Shown here piece by piece: positions 9,241 to 21,100 of a stretch of DNA of 64,000 nucleotides; positions within the stretch are counted from its first letter, which is position 1, and each line of letters begins with the position of its first letter. A program made the translations under genes and the position numbers. The stretch is taken from the sequence record NC_047838.1; one strand, written 5' to 3'. The notes under the pieces are model-generated. The model did no database searches. It was not told where the DNA came from and was given only the letters and a program-made list of their open reading frames with translations.

Positions 9241-11636
9241 TGTTAGGTCTCGCACTCAGAGGAGCATCTGCATTATCAAAGGCAGGTAAGGGAGCACAGA
9301 TGGCAAAAGCCATCACAGGTCGGAAGAAAAAACCAGTACCAGGCATGGCACGACCAGGTGGTGGCGAAGGTGGCGGTGGAGGAGGTTCTGCGATCATTAA
9401 AGCAAAGGTGGTCTCTGCTCCCGCATCTGCTCTTGTTCCTGTAAAAAAATCTCCTAATGTTCAGCAGGGAATGGGTTCAGGAATCATTAGTATTCTTGAA
9501 ACTATTAGAGCAAATGTAAAAGAGATTGATGATTTTTATAAAGGCACAGTTGCTGCCAAAAGAGAAGAGATAAAGAAGAGAAAGAAACAAGAGAGTGATC
9601 AGAGAAAAGCAGAGCAGGAAACAAAATTAGAAAAACCAAAGGTTGATAAAAAACCCGACATGAACTTGAAGGGTTTGAAGATGCCAAAGACTGGCATTCT
9701 TGACGGAATCTTTAGGTTCATTAGTAATGTATTGATGGGCATGTTGGTCATGAAGTTGATTGACTTTGCTGATGCCCTTGAGAAAAGTGGTATTCTCCCT
9801 CTACTTGGAAAGATAGGTGACTTTATTTTAGATATTGGTGGCAAGATACTTAACGGGTTAATAACTTTTATTGATAAAGGGTATGAAATTTATGATGGAC
9901 TAAGAAAATCTATTGGAGATAACTTTGGTGAGGGAGCACAAGAGCAGTTTGATAGTCTTGCTAGCACTCTCAACAAAGTATTAAATACTGTCTTCTCAGT
10001 TGGTCTTGCAATCTCTCTTCTTGCTGGTGCGATACCCCAGAAGAAACCAAAGCAACCAAAGAAACCAAAAAAACCAAAGAAACCAAAACCCAAACCTAAG
10101 ACAAAAGTAAAACCAAAACCAAAACCTAAAGGTTTCTTTGGTAGACTTGGAGCGGGTTTTCAAGCAGCAGGTGAAGGTCTTGCAAAAGCAGGACAAAGTG
10201 CTGTTGATTTAGGTGTTAGTGGTCTCAAGGCAATCGGTGGTGGTCTTAATAAAATTTCTGGTGGTAACTTAGGTAAACTAGGAAACTTCCTTGGAGAGCA
10301 ATATCAAAATGTTTCTAAGGGTGCAAGAGCAGCATTTGACAGAGTTGCTGGTCTTGGTAATTCTTTGAAATCAAAGTTTGGATCTGCCATGGATAGCGTC
10401 AAGGGTGCTATTGGAAACATGGCAGAGTCTGCCAAGAAGGCAGTCATGCAAAAAATTATTGAACCAATAAAACCTTTTCTTGATCCAATTATAGATAAGG
10501 CAAAAAAGATTGGTGATAAAGTTATTGGAATATTGAAAAAGATACCTGGATTTGATAATATACTTCAGGTGCTCAAGAAAAAAGGTGTTAATGGTTTAGG
10601 TGACGCTGCAGGCATTCTTAAAAAAGCAGGATCAAAAGCACTTCCTATAGTTGGTGGTATTTTTAATTTACTTTTTGCATATGATAGACTTGCGGGAGGA
10701 GATACTTTTGGTGCATTATTAGAATTACTCTCTGCTGGTCTTGATATCTCAGGACTTTTTGGATTTGCTCCTGGTCCTGGTATATCCATGGGTATTGATG
10801 CATACATGTTTGCGAGAGATTTTGTTCCTCTGATTCAGGAGGGTGAAGAGAAAGCAATTAATGCTATAGGACTTGGTGGTTTTAAATCTGAGATTGACAA
10901 AATCGCATCAAAACTTCCTGACCTTGGATCTATTGTAAAGATGTTTGGTGGAGAACAAGTTGAGCAAAAATCTGCTGCAGAGATTGCATCAACAACCGGA
11001 GACACCTCTGCTGCTGATGGCACTACACCTGCACCTGCTGCATCAGATTCACCTGCTGCATCAGATACACCTGCATCAACACCTAGTGTGAATATAGACA
11101 CTGTTGATGGAGGATCTAGAGAGCAAAGTGAAGGCACAAAAATTGCTGGTGATCTTGGTAGATTCTTATATAAAGAATTAAGTTCTCCTAGAGATTTCCA
11201 AGCAGTTACTGAGCATCCAGATTTTGGTGGATCATTTAGAAGATCATATGATTCTTATCATAATTACGATCGTGCTATTGATATTGGAGTATATCCTCAT
11301 GAGCAACCAAAAATTCTACAGGCAATAGCGAAATTTAACCAGATAAATGGAGTTAGTCCTGTTGAATTACTTCATGCTGGAAATGATCCAGGTGGTGGTC
11401 ATGATGATCACGTTCACATAGCATATGAGGGTGGTGGATATGTAGGTGGTAAGTATAATATGAAGTCAATTGAAAGACGTGCATCATATGAGGGTGGTGA
11501 GCAAATGATTGACATTCCTATTCCCATGCCTCAGCAACCAACTACCACCCCTCAACCAGAACTCGTCCCATCTGGATCTGGATCGTTCTCTGCAGACTTC
11601 AAAGATGACTTTGAATTCCTTGAGTTCCAGGGTTAA
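9240..11636 (+). CDS. Tape-measure-like / hub protein 2 with C-terminal peptidase M15-like motif
   Basis: Paralogous segment to 6841 protein; SYHNYDRAIDI...HDDHVHIAY near C-terminus. Confidence 0.55.
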   Translation: MLGLALRGASALSKAGKGAQMAKAITGRKKKPVPGMARPGGGEGGGGGGSAIIKAKVVSAPASALVPVKKSPNVQQGMGSGIISILETIRANVKEIDDFYKGTVAAKREEIKKRKKQESDQRKAEQETKLEKPKVDKKPDMNLKGLKMPKTGILDGIFRFISNVLMGMLVMKLIDFADALEKSGILPLLGKIGDFILDIGGKILNGLITFIDKGYEIYDGLRKSIGDNFGEGAQEQFDSLASTLNKVLNTVFSVGLAISLLAGAIPQKKPKQPKKPKKPKKPKPKPKTKVKPKPKPKGFFGRLGAGFQAAGEGLAKAGQSAVDLGVSGLKAIGGGLNKISGGNLGKLGNFLGEQYQNVSKGARAAFDRVAGLGNSLKSKFGSAMDSVKGAIGNMAESAKKAVMQKIIEPIKPFLDPIIDKAKKIGDKVIGILKKIPGFDNILQVLKKKGVNGLGDAAGILKKAGSKALPIVGGIFNLLFAYDRLAGGDTFGALLELLSAGLDISGLFGFAPGPGISMGIDAYMFARDFVPLIQEGEEKAINAIGLGGFKSEIDKIASKLPDLGSIVKMFGGEQVEQKSAAEIASTTGDTSAADGTTPAPAASDSPAASDTPASTPSVNIDTVDGGSREQSEGTKIAGDLGRFLYKELSSPRDFQAVTEHPDFGGSFRRSYDSYHNYDRAIDIGVYPHEQPKILQAIAKFNQINGVSPVELLHAGNDPGGGHDDHVHIAYEGGGYVGGKYNMKSIERRASYEGGEQMIDIPIPMPQQPTTTPQPELVPSGSGSFSADFKDDFEFLEFQG
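10035..10130 (+). repeat. Degenerate 9-nt/6-nt tandem repeat encoding (PKK)n/(PK)n
   Basis: ccaaagcaa ccaaagaaa ccaaaaaaa ccaaagaaa ccaaaa ccc aaa cct aag ... Confidence 0.8.
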
Positions 11637-11657
11637 ATAGTGTAGAGGTAATAAAAA

Positions 11658-13007
11658 ATGACAGCAAACGTAGGAAAGGCAGCAGAAGCAGGGTTTATAA
11701 AAGAGATTTCTATCTCTTCAAATGATGGAGGGAAGGCAGTTAGTCTTCAGGGTGGATTTTTTGAACTAAAATATTATGAAAGTATCATGTCTAATACTGT
11801 CAAAGCAACTTTAATCTATACTGATTCTGGTGATACAGTTGATGGTAAGACTGCAAGATCTGGTCTCCCTATTGTGACGGAGGAGATGGTTACACTTAAG
11901 TTTGAAGACAATAATAAAAATACTCTTGAGTTTAGTGAGAAGAAAAACAATGAATTGTATGTCAAAAAAGTTACACCTTTATTGGAGGATACCAGAAGTG
12001 AGACAATTGGATTGACTCTTGTATCTGCAGAAGATATTATGAATACAAAGGTCAATCTAAAAAATAGATTTGATGGTAAGATATCTGATTCAGTCAATCG
12101 TATTTTGACTGAGGGAAACTTCAAAGGTCTTGGTACTAAAAAGAAAGTTGATATTGAAACAACAACCAACTCCCTTAACAAAATTCCTAATAATAAGCAC
12201 CCATTTTACTGGTTAAATAAGTTCTCATCTCAGGCGGTGTCTGAGACCACACAGAAATTGGGTGAGAGTGCTGGATACTTTTTCTATGAAACTTCTGAGG
12301 GATTTTTCTTTAAGTCAATCGACACACTTTTAGATCAAGAACCTAAGAAGTCTTTTGTTTATAATGAAACTCCTGACTCAAGAGGGACCGATGTGCCAGA
12401 GTCTTATGATGGTAAGGCACTTGATATGAAGAGTGATAACAGGATTGATGCTGTGCAGAAAAGCAAGATGGGAACAACCAGTAATAGAATTGTGACCTTT
12501 GATCCTTTCACCACTTACTACGAGGTTTCAAAATTTAAGTCAGAGGACTTTGGATCTGGTTATAAAAAAGCAGGTAAAAAACTCCCACAACAAAATACAA
12601 AATTTAAAAATCCAGATACGAATGAGGAATATTCTAGAACCACTTATTATATCTTAGATACTGGCACTTTACCTACAGGAAATGATACAAAGGATCAAAT
12701 CAAAAAGTCTGCAGATCAAAACTTTGAAGTTGCTAAAATCGCAAACCAGTCTAGTATGAGATATAATTTGTTGTTCTCACAGCAAATTACCCTGACAATT
12801 CCTGCTGATCTATCACTCCATGCGGGTGATGCCATCTTTGTTGATACACCTGAAATTAAAGATAACAAAAATGATACGGTTGACCGTCAACAAGGTGGAC
12901 TATATATTATATCAGACCTTTGTCATTATATCGCCTCAAATAAATCTCTAACCAAAATGAATCTCGTCAGAGAATCGTTCGGTAGAAAACCAAAATCAAG
13001 TAACTAA
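11658..13007 (+). CDS. Baseplate hub protein (gp27/gpD-like)
   Basis: Position between tape-measure-like genes and gp5; FYETSEGFFFKSID and C-terminal LTIPADL.LHAGD..GGLYIISDLCH; late-promoter-like TTAAATA at 11633. Confidence 0.55.
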   Translation: MTANVGKAAEAGFIKEISISSNDGGKAVSLQGGFFELKYYESIMSNTVKATLIYTDSGDTVDGKTARSGLPIVTEEMVTLKFEDNNKNTLEFSEKKNNELYVKKVTPLLEDTRSETIGLTLVSAEDIMNTKVNLKNRFDGKISDSVNRILTEGNFKGLGTKKKVDIETTTNSLNKIPNNKHPFYWLNKFSSQAVSETTQKLGESAGYFFYETSEGFFFKSIDTLLDQEPKKSFVYNETPDSRGTDVPESYDGKALDMKSDNRIDAVQKSKMGTTSNRIVTFDPFTTYYEVSKFKSEDFGSGYKKAGKKLPQQNTKFKNPDTNEEYSRTTYYILDTGTLPTGNDTKDQIKKSADQNFEVAKIANQSSMRYNLLFSQQITLTIPADLSLHAGDAIFVDTPEIKDNKNDTVDRQQGGLYIISDLCHYIASNKSLTKMNLVRESFGRKPKSSN

Positions 13008-13009
13008 AC

Positions 13010-13237
13010 ATGGAAAGTATAGAGAAGCACATCGAGAAGGACAAAGAAATCCTTCAGGATCCAACCACCAATCCACAAATGCGTCGTCATATTGAAGGTG
13101 AACTGCATGACTTAGAGGAATATGTAGAGCACCACAAGAAAGAAATCGAGGAGGGGGATCATCATGACCCCAGTTATCTTGAATTATTTTGTGATCAAAA
13201 TCCCTCTGAACCAGAATGCCTGGTATATGACGACTGA
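13010..13237 (+). CDS. cp12: CP12 Calvin-cycle inhibitor (auxiliary metabolic gene)
   Basis: C-terminal LELFCDQNPSEPECLVYDD is the CP12 signature. Confidence 0.92.
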   Translation: MESIEKHIEKDKEILQDPTTNPQMRRHIEGELHDLEEYVEHHKKEIEEGDHHDPSYLELFCDQNPSEPECLVYDD

Positions 13238-15114
13238 TGGAGGGAGGTTCATTATTTAATCCAGGATTTTTAGGTTCTAGTTTTCTCTGGTGGGTAGGTC
13301 AGATTGCTGACGATGCCACTTGGAGAGATAACATCCTGCCTGGCCCTCATAAAGATACTAAAAAACCTGATGGTTGGGGTAGAAGATATAAGGTAAGAAT
13401 CATCGGTCTTCATGATCAAGGTGAAGAAGAGATTGATTCCAACGATCTGCCCTGGGCACAAATAATGTACCCTGTGACAGGTGGAGGTGGACAAACATCT
13501 GCATCTCAAACCTCTGCCTTGAGACAAGGCATGATGGTGTTTGGGTTCTTCCTTGATGGACAGGAGCAGCAAATACCAGTCATCATGGGTGTGCTTGGAC
13601 ATAATGTTCAGGTTCCACTATCTGCAAAGATTGGTGACAATAGAGTCACTAATAATACACCTGGTCCTCTTGCTGCAAGTGGATATGCGGAGGGTAGAAA
13701 TCCACCTCCCAATACACCTGCTGAAGGTGGTCCTAATCCAGTTGTGCCTGATGATGATCTTAAGGTTACTAAACCAAAGTCAGAGGCACAGCAGCAGGAA
13801 GAAGCAGAACCATCTCCTGGAGCACAACTTAATCAGTATGGGTTAGACCCCAGCAAACCTCTCACAAAAGAGCAATTTGCTGATATGCGAAGTGCAGTTG
13901 CTGAGGCAGAGGCACTTGGATATGAGAAGGGGAGTCCAGAATATGAGGATTTAAAACAGAGGAGAGTTGCTGAGGGCATCCGTAACCGTAAGAAAGCAGC
14001 AAATTCTCCAATTGCACCAGTTCAACCTGGACCAACACTTGAAGGTGTTGATGACGTAACTGTCATCTCTGCTGCTGATACTAAGAGGAACGATCATTAC
14101 CGACAGAAGAAGGTGATGTTGAGTGTTTGTAGTTTCCCCCAATCAAACTCCAAGGGATTACAGACAGTTCTTGACAATCTTGTTAAGAAAATTGAGAAGT
14201 ATGTAAACACATTTCAAAGTTATATTGATAAGGTATCAAGCACGATTGAAGACATTCAGCAAATTCTAAGGAATGCTGCATGTGAGATTGCAAAGTACAT
14301 CAAACCCATGCTGGATAAAGTCATGGAGTTTGTGTTGAAAAAATTGAATGAAGCACTTACAACTGTGGTTGCTGCTTTGCCATCTAGTATGAGATCTCTT
14401 TTTATAGACATGAAGAAGATGCTCACCGAGTTAATTCTCTGTCTTTATAATAAGATTACTCAAGGGTTATGTGATTTAATTCAGGCAATTCTTGACAAAG
14501 CACTTGATCTTGCTGGACTTGAGAATAAGGCAAAGGCAGCTGCTGCTAATTCAAATGGCGATGATGAAGCATATAGAAGGTTAGCACCTAAAGTTCCTCC
14601 TTGTTATGCAGAGGATATTACAGCACAAGTCTTTGCTGTAGCAGCACCAGAAATTAATGAGGCAAATAATTCACTCATCCAAAACCTTGATAACTTCTTA
14701 GAAGATATTCAAAAACAACTTGCTGGGGTCAGCGGAGCACTTGATGGACTTATGAATAAGATTCCAGATATCTCAGGTAGTCTTACCGCAGCACTTGGAT
14801 TTGAGAATATCAAAATAAATTTATTTGGTTGTGAATTAGAACCTAACTGTCCCGTTGATGATTACTATACCATTCAAGGTGGTGGTGCAGGTCAACCAGA
14901 CGCCAAACTTCCTAGTGACACAGCAGTTGAGAAGGCAGCAGCAGCACAGGATCCTGGTGAGGTTGCAGCACCTAAAGAAGATGTTGGATATATTCAACCA
15001 ACTAGCGGTCAGCAAGATACTAAACCAAGTGGATCTGATTCCTCTGCTGTAAGTGTCGATCTTGATCCTGGAGCTCCAGACGAAGATGTCTCTGGTGCAT
15101 TAGATATAGCGTGA
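13237..15114 (+). CDS. g5: gp5-like baseplate hub protein, N-terminal OB-fold part
   Basis: WWVGQI..D, GRRYKVRIIGLH, DLPWAQIMYP, G.MVFGFFLDG..QQIPVIMG (Gp5 OB-fold). Confidence 0.8.
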   Translation: MEGGSLFNPGFLGSSFLWWVGQIADDATWRDNILPGPHKDTKKPDGWGRRYKVRIIGLHDQGEEEIDSNDLPWAQIMYPVTGGGGQTSASQTSALRQGMMVFGFFLDGQEQQIPVIMGVLGHNVQVPLSAKIGDNRVTNNTPGPLAASGYAEGRNPPPNTPAEGGPNPVVPDDDLKVTKPKSEAQQQEEAEPSPGAQLNQYGLDPSKPLTKEQFADMRSAVAEAEALGYEKGSPEYEDLKQRRVAEGIRNRKKAANSPIAPVQPGPTLEGVDDVTVISAADTKRNDHYRQKKVMLSVCSFPQSNSKGLQTVLDNLVKKIEKYVNTFQSYIDKVSSTIEDIQQILRNAACEIAKYIKPMLDKVMEFVLKKLNEALTTVVAALPSSMRSLFIDMKKMLTELILCLYNKITQGLCDLIQAILDKALDLAGLENKAKAAAANSNGDDEAYRRLAPKVPPCYAEDITAQVFAVAAPEINEANNSLIQNLDNFLEDIQKQLAGVSGALDGLMNKIPDISGSLTAALGFENIKINLFGCELEPNCPVDDYYTIQGGGAGQPDAKLPSDTAVEKAAAAQDPGEVAAPKEDVGYIQPTSGQQDTKPSGSDSSAVSVDLDPGAPDEDVSGALDIA

Positions 15115-15149
15115 TAAATACAAAATATGAAGACAAGATATAATCAATA

Positions 15150-18100
15150 ATGTCATTCAACCTCTTCGGACCTGCCACTATTTGTGACATCAAAGTCGGA
15201 TATATTTCGACTGATAGAGGGTACGTTGATGGTATCAGCAGATATGAAGCCAATCAATATGCTGCGCTGAATCCTGGCACTCAATTTATTTTTAAGAACA
15301 GAGATCTGATTAGGTATCTCAATATTAATGAGGTAAATGCACTCACTCCCGAAGATCTCTTACCAAACAGAATTCCAACAAACGGTTGTGATCAGGAGAG
15401 TGTCAATACATTTGGATTAGATATTTACAATCCAGATGGTTCTCTTAAACAAGATGCAACTGGTACTCCAGGTTCTCCTAGAGTTTATATTAATGGTGGT
15501 GGTGGAGTAGGTGCTGCAGCAAATGCTGTGATTGGAAAAGACGGATCACTTCTTGCTGTGGATGTTGTTGAGGGAGGTTATGGATATAGATTCCCACCTC
15601 AAATTGACATCGTTGACCTTGAGGGATTAGGATCTGGTGCAGTCGCTATTGCAAGTCTCTGTCCCCCCGATAAGGTAGGAACTCTTCAGACATTTGAGAA
15701 TGAGGAGGACTTTGAAGAGTATGATTTTAGGAATTGTGCTCCTCCTGTAGTCTCTTTTGGTAGGAGACAAGGTGCTAATGGTGAAGATCTAGGTGAATGG
15801 GATCCATCACTTTATGCATCACTTAAAGTTGATCCAATCCGAAGAGAAATTATTGCTTATCAGGCATTCTTAGATAGTATTCGTGATGGATGGTGGAATA
15901 CAAGGAAAGCAAAACCAATTGAAATTATTGCTGATGATAAGAAGGGTAATGTAAAGTATGATGTTCAGCACTGGGCATGGGGTGGATCAAGAGAAGTCAA
16001 GAAAATCCCAAGCAAGAAAGAAAATTTTCAAGAGATCGAGTTCAAAGTCTACACGCACGGTGGCAATCAAGCAGATAGAGGTTTGATGTTCACCTTCGTT
16101 GAGAAGAACGGTGACCATAGATTTAAAATTAAAGCAGAAAGTTTTTCAGATAAAAAAGTCAGTAAGGTCAAAATAAAACTAAAACCTAATGCAGTTTATA
16201 CTGTTAATGCCTCAGGAAGATATAAAGGCAAGGGAGTAGAGCAGGGTCTTATTGAATCTTTTGGTAGAAAACCAAAGGAACGTGATAAAAGATTTACAGA
16301 TGGAAATAAAATCTTTGCAGACTTTGTAAAAAGCGCAAACGATAATGATGATTTACAGATTGAGGCAACACAGGGTAAGTTTAAGACGGATAATAGAAGA
16401 AAACTTGATGGTCACAGCACCTATGATTTAACTTATCAAGTTGTAGACTCTGGTCAATTTAAGGCGGAAGAAAAAACAAAAGTTGTCAAAAAAATTGACG
16501 ACTCATTCATGAATCGTTTTGCAATCTCTCCAGTCCCACCATCTAACGTGAGTGGTAGTGATTTTGCTGGCATTCAGTATGCATTCATCTACGAGGAGAA
16601 CTTTCCTTACGATGGTGAGTATACCTTTAAAGCGATGGCAGATAATGTCGGTGAAGTATATGTTGACAATGAATCAATATTCCAGTTTAGAAGATTTAAG
16701 GGTGGACCAGATGTAGTTAAGAAATTCATCAAAGCAGGTGTCCATAAAATTAGATGTGATTTACTTAATGTTCCCATTAAAGAAAAGATCAAACCCAAAC
16801 CCGATAGTGGTGGATGTCCAACTGAAATTGATTTTAAAGTAACCACAGATGCAGGTTTTGCAAATGGAATTAGAATTCCTGATTTAAATATTGATCTTGC
16901 TAAAAAGCGTGATGGTAAACAATTAAATAAATCTTTCCGACGCACGGTTGAACTTGGAAAAGAGTATGATGTTATCTGCACTAGCAATAGTCAGGGTGGT
17001 GGAAGAAGGAGTAATGAATATAAGATTGAAGTAGCAGACCGTGGAAGTTTAGGTAGAGGAGACAGAGCTGCAGTCAAGGATGTTTCTAATAAGACAATTA
17101 AATTTACGGATTCGACCAGTCAAATGGATACGGATGCTGAATTTAAAATTTTATCAACATCACCTGGAGTTAGTGCTAAGTTTAGAGGGAGTAATGACAA
17201 GGACCTTAAACTAGTTGTTAGCGGTGAGGGTAATGTCACTTTACAATTGAAGTGGGATGATGATCCAAATTCAAACGGAGAGGCAGTTGGTGACATCACG
17301 GTCGCTGGTAAGAGATGGAAACAGAGAGCATTTAGGGATAAGAAAGGAGACTTAACGAAAACTATCAAAGTAAGTGGTGGTGATGGTGGTCGTAACAAAG
17401 CTAATATCAGACTTAGAACTGCTGGAGAAAATGTGCTTCAAATGGAAGAGCACACAGATAAAGACTGGCAAGATTTAGTTTGCACCGTTAGTTGTGGTAG
17501 GTTTATCAAGATTAATGGAAACAGATGTAAATTAATATTTGATGCACCTAAAAAACAAACAGGTAGATCAACACAATCTACTGGTGAAAAACCAAGAGAG
17601 ATTTTTAATACTCTCGACTACATCAACAGAGCAGACAGAAAACTCTATAGAATAAATCCAAACGCTGGAAAAGATTCTAATTTTCTGAATAGATTTGGCG
17701 TGCTGCCATTCAACCCTGCTGCAGTTGAGAGAGAGGAAGTTCTTGTCCCTGTCAAGTCACCACCTCAACCAAAACCAAGAGCAACAATTGAAAGACGCGG
17801 TGATGAACTTTTTCTAAAAGTGACTGGTGGTGGTAGAGTTAAAGTTGACTTTAGATTAAAAGTTGACGACAATCTTTATACATCTGGTGTTTTTGCAAAA
17901 GAAATTATTATCAAGACTGATGATAATGATTTGAAACTTCAAAGAGATATTAGAGAGCTGCAAACACGAAGTCGTTCTGGTAGTACATCTTCTTTCTTGA
18001 GTGGTAAGAAAAAAGAAACTATTACAGGTTCTGGCATCTTTACTGGTGGAAAGACTTATCGTATTAAAGTGATAGGTGGTAGTTCAACATCTGGTTTTAA

Positions 18101-21100
18101 AACAATTGATAAGACCACAGTTGGTTTTGATGATGACATCAAAGGTGGTTATGATCAGAACGGATTACTTAATATTACCAACGTCAAAATTCTTCAGGAG
18201 TCAGATGCTAGGTATGAAACCAAACAGAATCAAGTTACCAAAGTTGTAAAAAAATTCCCCCAGAAACCAAATGCTTCAACTGATGCATACGCTGGTATTC
18301 ATGTCATCAGATGGGAGCATGTAGAATTTCCTGTGGATGGAAACTACAATATTGAGACTATGGTTGATGATAATGCAACAATCTTTATTGGAAATCGTGA
18401 TGGTAATGGAAAGAAAGCAATCGGTAATGGTCTAAGAAGTGTAGAGAAGGGTGGCGATGAAGTTATTATTAGGAAGATAGGATTTACTCAGGGATCTAGC
18501 ACAGGCAAGAGTGTTGACACCAGATTCTTCAGAAAAGGAAAGTATAGAATTAGAGTTGAGTTAGAACAAATTCCAGGAAAACCTCTGGCAAAAGGTAATC
18601 CCATGGCATTTGCTATGAAGATTCAGTCTCCTGGTGCTGAAGAGATTGAAGTAATCTCTGCACGCAGTTGGAATGAAAACCCTATGGGTGTGGCACTTAA
18701 GATTGATCCACCTCTCCCTCCTATTCCTCAGGAACCAGTTCCTAGAGCACCTGGTAGATGTCCAAATAATCCCATCTGGTCCACAAGATTCCCTGATGGT
18801 GAGAAGAAATGGTGGCCAGTAACTCATGCCAATCAAGATGGGTCTAAAACTTGGTCTAAGTTTATGAATCGTTTTGCGGTATCACCAATTCCCCCTCTTT
18901 CTACAAAAGGAACTGCCCAAGGTGGAATTGTATTCAGTAACTCATGGAATGTTGAGGTTCCCTATGATGGTTTCTACGGCATGAAGGGAACCGTTGATAA
19001 TGGTGGTAGAATTTTGGTTGACGATAAAGTTATCATGCAGGGTGGATACTTTAGTGGTGCAAAATTTGCAGGTCCCGATAGAACTCTTGAAGGTTTTGGT
19101 TCTGAAACCCCTCAAACCGTTAAGTTCCCTCTGACTCAAGGTAATCATAAGATCACAGTTGAGGTTGAGAACAGGGCACAAACAAAACAAAAGAGAATCA
19201 AGAAGACCATATTTAATACTGCTGACTGGGCAATAGAGCAAGCAGTCCCTGTGACACAGAACAATACTTATGATGTTGTTTATGTTGATCTTCATCCTAG
19301 AAATAAAAACCTTAAAGTTTCTGGTGATAGAAAAACTGTCAGAATGTTAGATGGGGGTGGTGACGACACTAATGCGAAATTAATTATCACATCTGGTGAT
19401 GCAACATTCTCTGATGATGGAAGAAAAATTTCTGGAAAAGGAGTTGTTAGAGCACGACTTGAGTGGAATGATGATCCAAATAATAAAGGGATTGCTGTTT
19501 CAGGAGTTGTTATTAATGGTGTGAGACTCTCAAGAGATACTAAATCAGTCTCTAAGGAAAAATCTTTTAGAATTACTTATGAGGATTTAAATCCATCAAA
19601 CCTTCCCAGCACAGGTAGAGGATTCAATCCAACCCGTACTGGTATCAAAGTTGTCAAAAATGGAAAGCGAATTGAACTCAAAGATGGTAGAGGTAGTGAT
19701 GCGAATGTTGAGTTTGAAATATTATCAACTTCCCCTGGAGTGAATGCAAGATTCTCTGATGATGGGAGAGAACTCAAGGTAAAAGGTAATGGTGATGTAA
19801 ATATCAGAATTAAATATGATGATAATCCAGGATACGCTGGTGAAGCTGTTCGATCAATCACAATTAATGGTAAAAAGTGGAAGAAAAAGAGAACAGAGTA
19901 TGGTGAGGAAACTCTTACTCTTAAGGTCAATCAAAATAGTGCTGCTTCGACTGCATTTACTGAACGTGGAAGTGATGAAAATAATATTGATCTAGGTGCT
20001 AAACCCTCTGCAGGCAGAGGACTGTCAGGTGGCACAACGAAGAGAGGTGTCAAATATTCTGGACCTGAACTTGCATCTTATAGAAGAGGGACACTAGGAC
20101 CATTCATCACTCCAAGATTTGAGGGTGAAAGAGATTATATCGCTAATTTTATTGGCACTAAGTGGACCATGAAGTGGACTGGTGTCAACTTCCCAATTAG
20201 TTCGAGATATAGGATTAGAACAGAGGCAGATGATATTCTAACAGTCAAAGTTGATGGTGAATTTGTTTCTGAGGTAAAAGTTCGTGAAGGAGTGAGAGAG
20301 GTATTCTTTAATGCCTCTGAGGGTAAGAGAACTATTGAAATGGAACTCACTAATGCCAATATTCAGCAACCATTCCCGATTAACCCGACTGTCTTTAATG
20401 CAATTATTGATGTTGACGCAGAGATTACTGTTCCTGCAGAAAAATCTTGGAGAGGAAACCCTATAGGAATCTCTGCTATTCTTATTCCACCACCTTGTCC
20501 ACTTGAAACAAAGGGACTTGGAAAACTGTGTGATATCTTCCCACTTCAACCAGGAAATGGATACTCTGCTCCACCAGGACCAGGATACCCTGCCGTGCCT
20601 GAAATTATCAGATTGGAACCTGTCAATCCTGGTATTAATTATGGTCCTAATGATCCTGTTTGTATTATTAAAGAAGATGGATCAAAAGTTTGTTTCCCAC
20701 CAAACTTAGGACCATTTGGTTCTAATTTACCGATTGATACTCCACCAATTCCTATCACAGAATATCCAAACATCTCTCAATCCACAGACACAGGTGTTAA
20801 TGCAAGGTTTAGACCTGTGATTAGAGTTCGTAGAGATCCGCTTGATGTTGAACCTGAGGATATCCTACAGGTAACAGACCTGGTTGGTCTGAAGAGAACT
20901 GGTTATGTTGGTGGTCGTGAATACTTTGGTGCTGTCTTCTATAAAGATGGTGTTCGTTTCGCAGGATATTATGAGACACCTGGACAACTCATACAAGTTT
21001 ATGATACACTACAAGAGAGCATCGATGGTGAGGTTACCACTAGACCTTCCGCAATCCTCAGACAGGGTACGGACATAACTAGTAACGATCCTAGACTTAA

